NCBI RefSeq assembly: GCF_006345805.1
Contig: NC_043001.1
Location: 13,826,001-13,890,000 of the forward strand
Reading direction: 5' to 3'
DNA: 64,000 bases
From: Octopus sinensis
Lineage: Eukaryota
Shown: one piece after another, positions 63,280 to 64,000 of the stretch
Position numbering within the stretch: position 1 is the first letter of the stretch
How the letters are laid out: each line of letters begins with the position of its first letter
The notes under the pieces: model-generated
Told to the model about the DNA's origin: nothing
The model's database searches: none
What the model saw: the letters and a program-made list of their open reading frames with translations, nothing else
Translations under genes and position numbers: made by a program

Positions 63280-63522
63280 ATACTATAATCATAAATGATT
63301 ATATATTGAATTTTGAGATACTAGAAGGCACCAACTCAACTCAGTATCAGAGCGAGCTAGAATCCGCAACTAGTATCACCAAATTCAATGTGTGAATGAA
63401 AAGATTGTGTCACCAGCCCCTTCCCACCCGCGTGTAGCCAAAACAAGATGCTGTGGTCATCTACTGAGATAAAATATGGTTATCCGTAATAATGAAGTGT
63501 ATATATATATATATATACATAC

Positions 63523-63576
<54 letters not shown>

Positions 63577-63842
63577 TTCAATTTGACGACTCCACTAGAA
63601 TGGACGAAAGCGCTAATATATGATATACGATGTATAAAAACATGTAACATACAATAAATATCTGTAAATATAAAACCATCCGAACTTCTGAATACCTCTT
63701 CCTTCTAATATAAAATTACCTGTACATCATCTCCAAGCCTTCTAACACACACACACGCACACACACACACATACACACCACACACACACATATATATATA
63801 TATTATATATAATATATATTATATTATATATATATATATATC

Positions 63843-63878
<36 letters not shown>

Positions 63879-64000
63879 AAGTAAAAAAAAGTACTGGTTG
63901 TCTGGCATGGTTTGTCCGATGTTACATATATCGGACGGGTATGTTTGATTCTTAGTACTTTCAAATCTAAATCAGAAGAAATCTCTGAGCTGATGAAGGA

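Overview
AT-rich, repeat-dense animal genomic DNA, most consistent with an octopus (inferred from the SINE families and a divergent 18S fragment). No intact host protein-coding gene can be supported; most listed ORFs are microsatellite or SINE translations. The window holds dozens of tRNA-derived SINE copies (about 4 families), long (TA)n/(TTA)n tracts, CR1 and R4/Dong LINE fragments, two deleted mariner elements, hAT, Helitron and Merlin-like non-autonomous transposons, and a 5'ETS/18S rDNA fragment inside a palindromic satellite. The main signal is a population of (TA)n-targeted Penelope-like retroelement (PLE) insertions. One 2.9-kb copy encodes a GIY-YIG endonuclease between inverted pseudo-LTRs, and many short fold-back-plus-tail derivatives occur elsewhere. 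Together they carry about ten type I hammerhead ribozyme motifs, several with unusually long stem II and two with a compensatory U3-A8 core. Also notable are fold-back transposons carrying TTAGGG repeats, an ORF1-only retroelement sharing its 3' tail with the most abundant SINE, and a decayed Gln/Ser-rich exon-like segment whose stops mostly fall at Gln positions. All coordinates were read by eye and may be off by a few bases.
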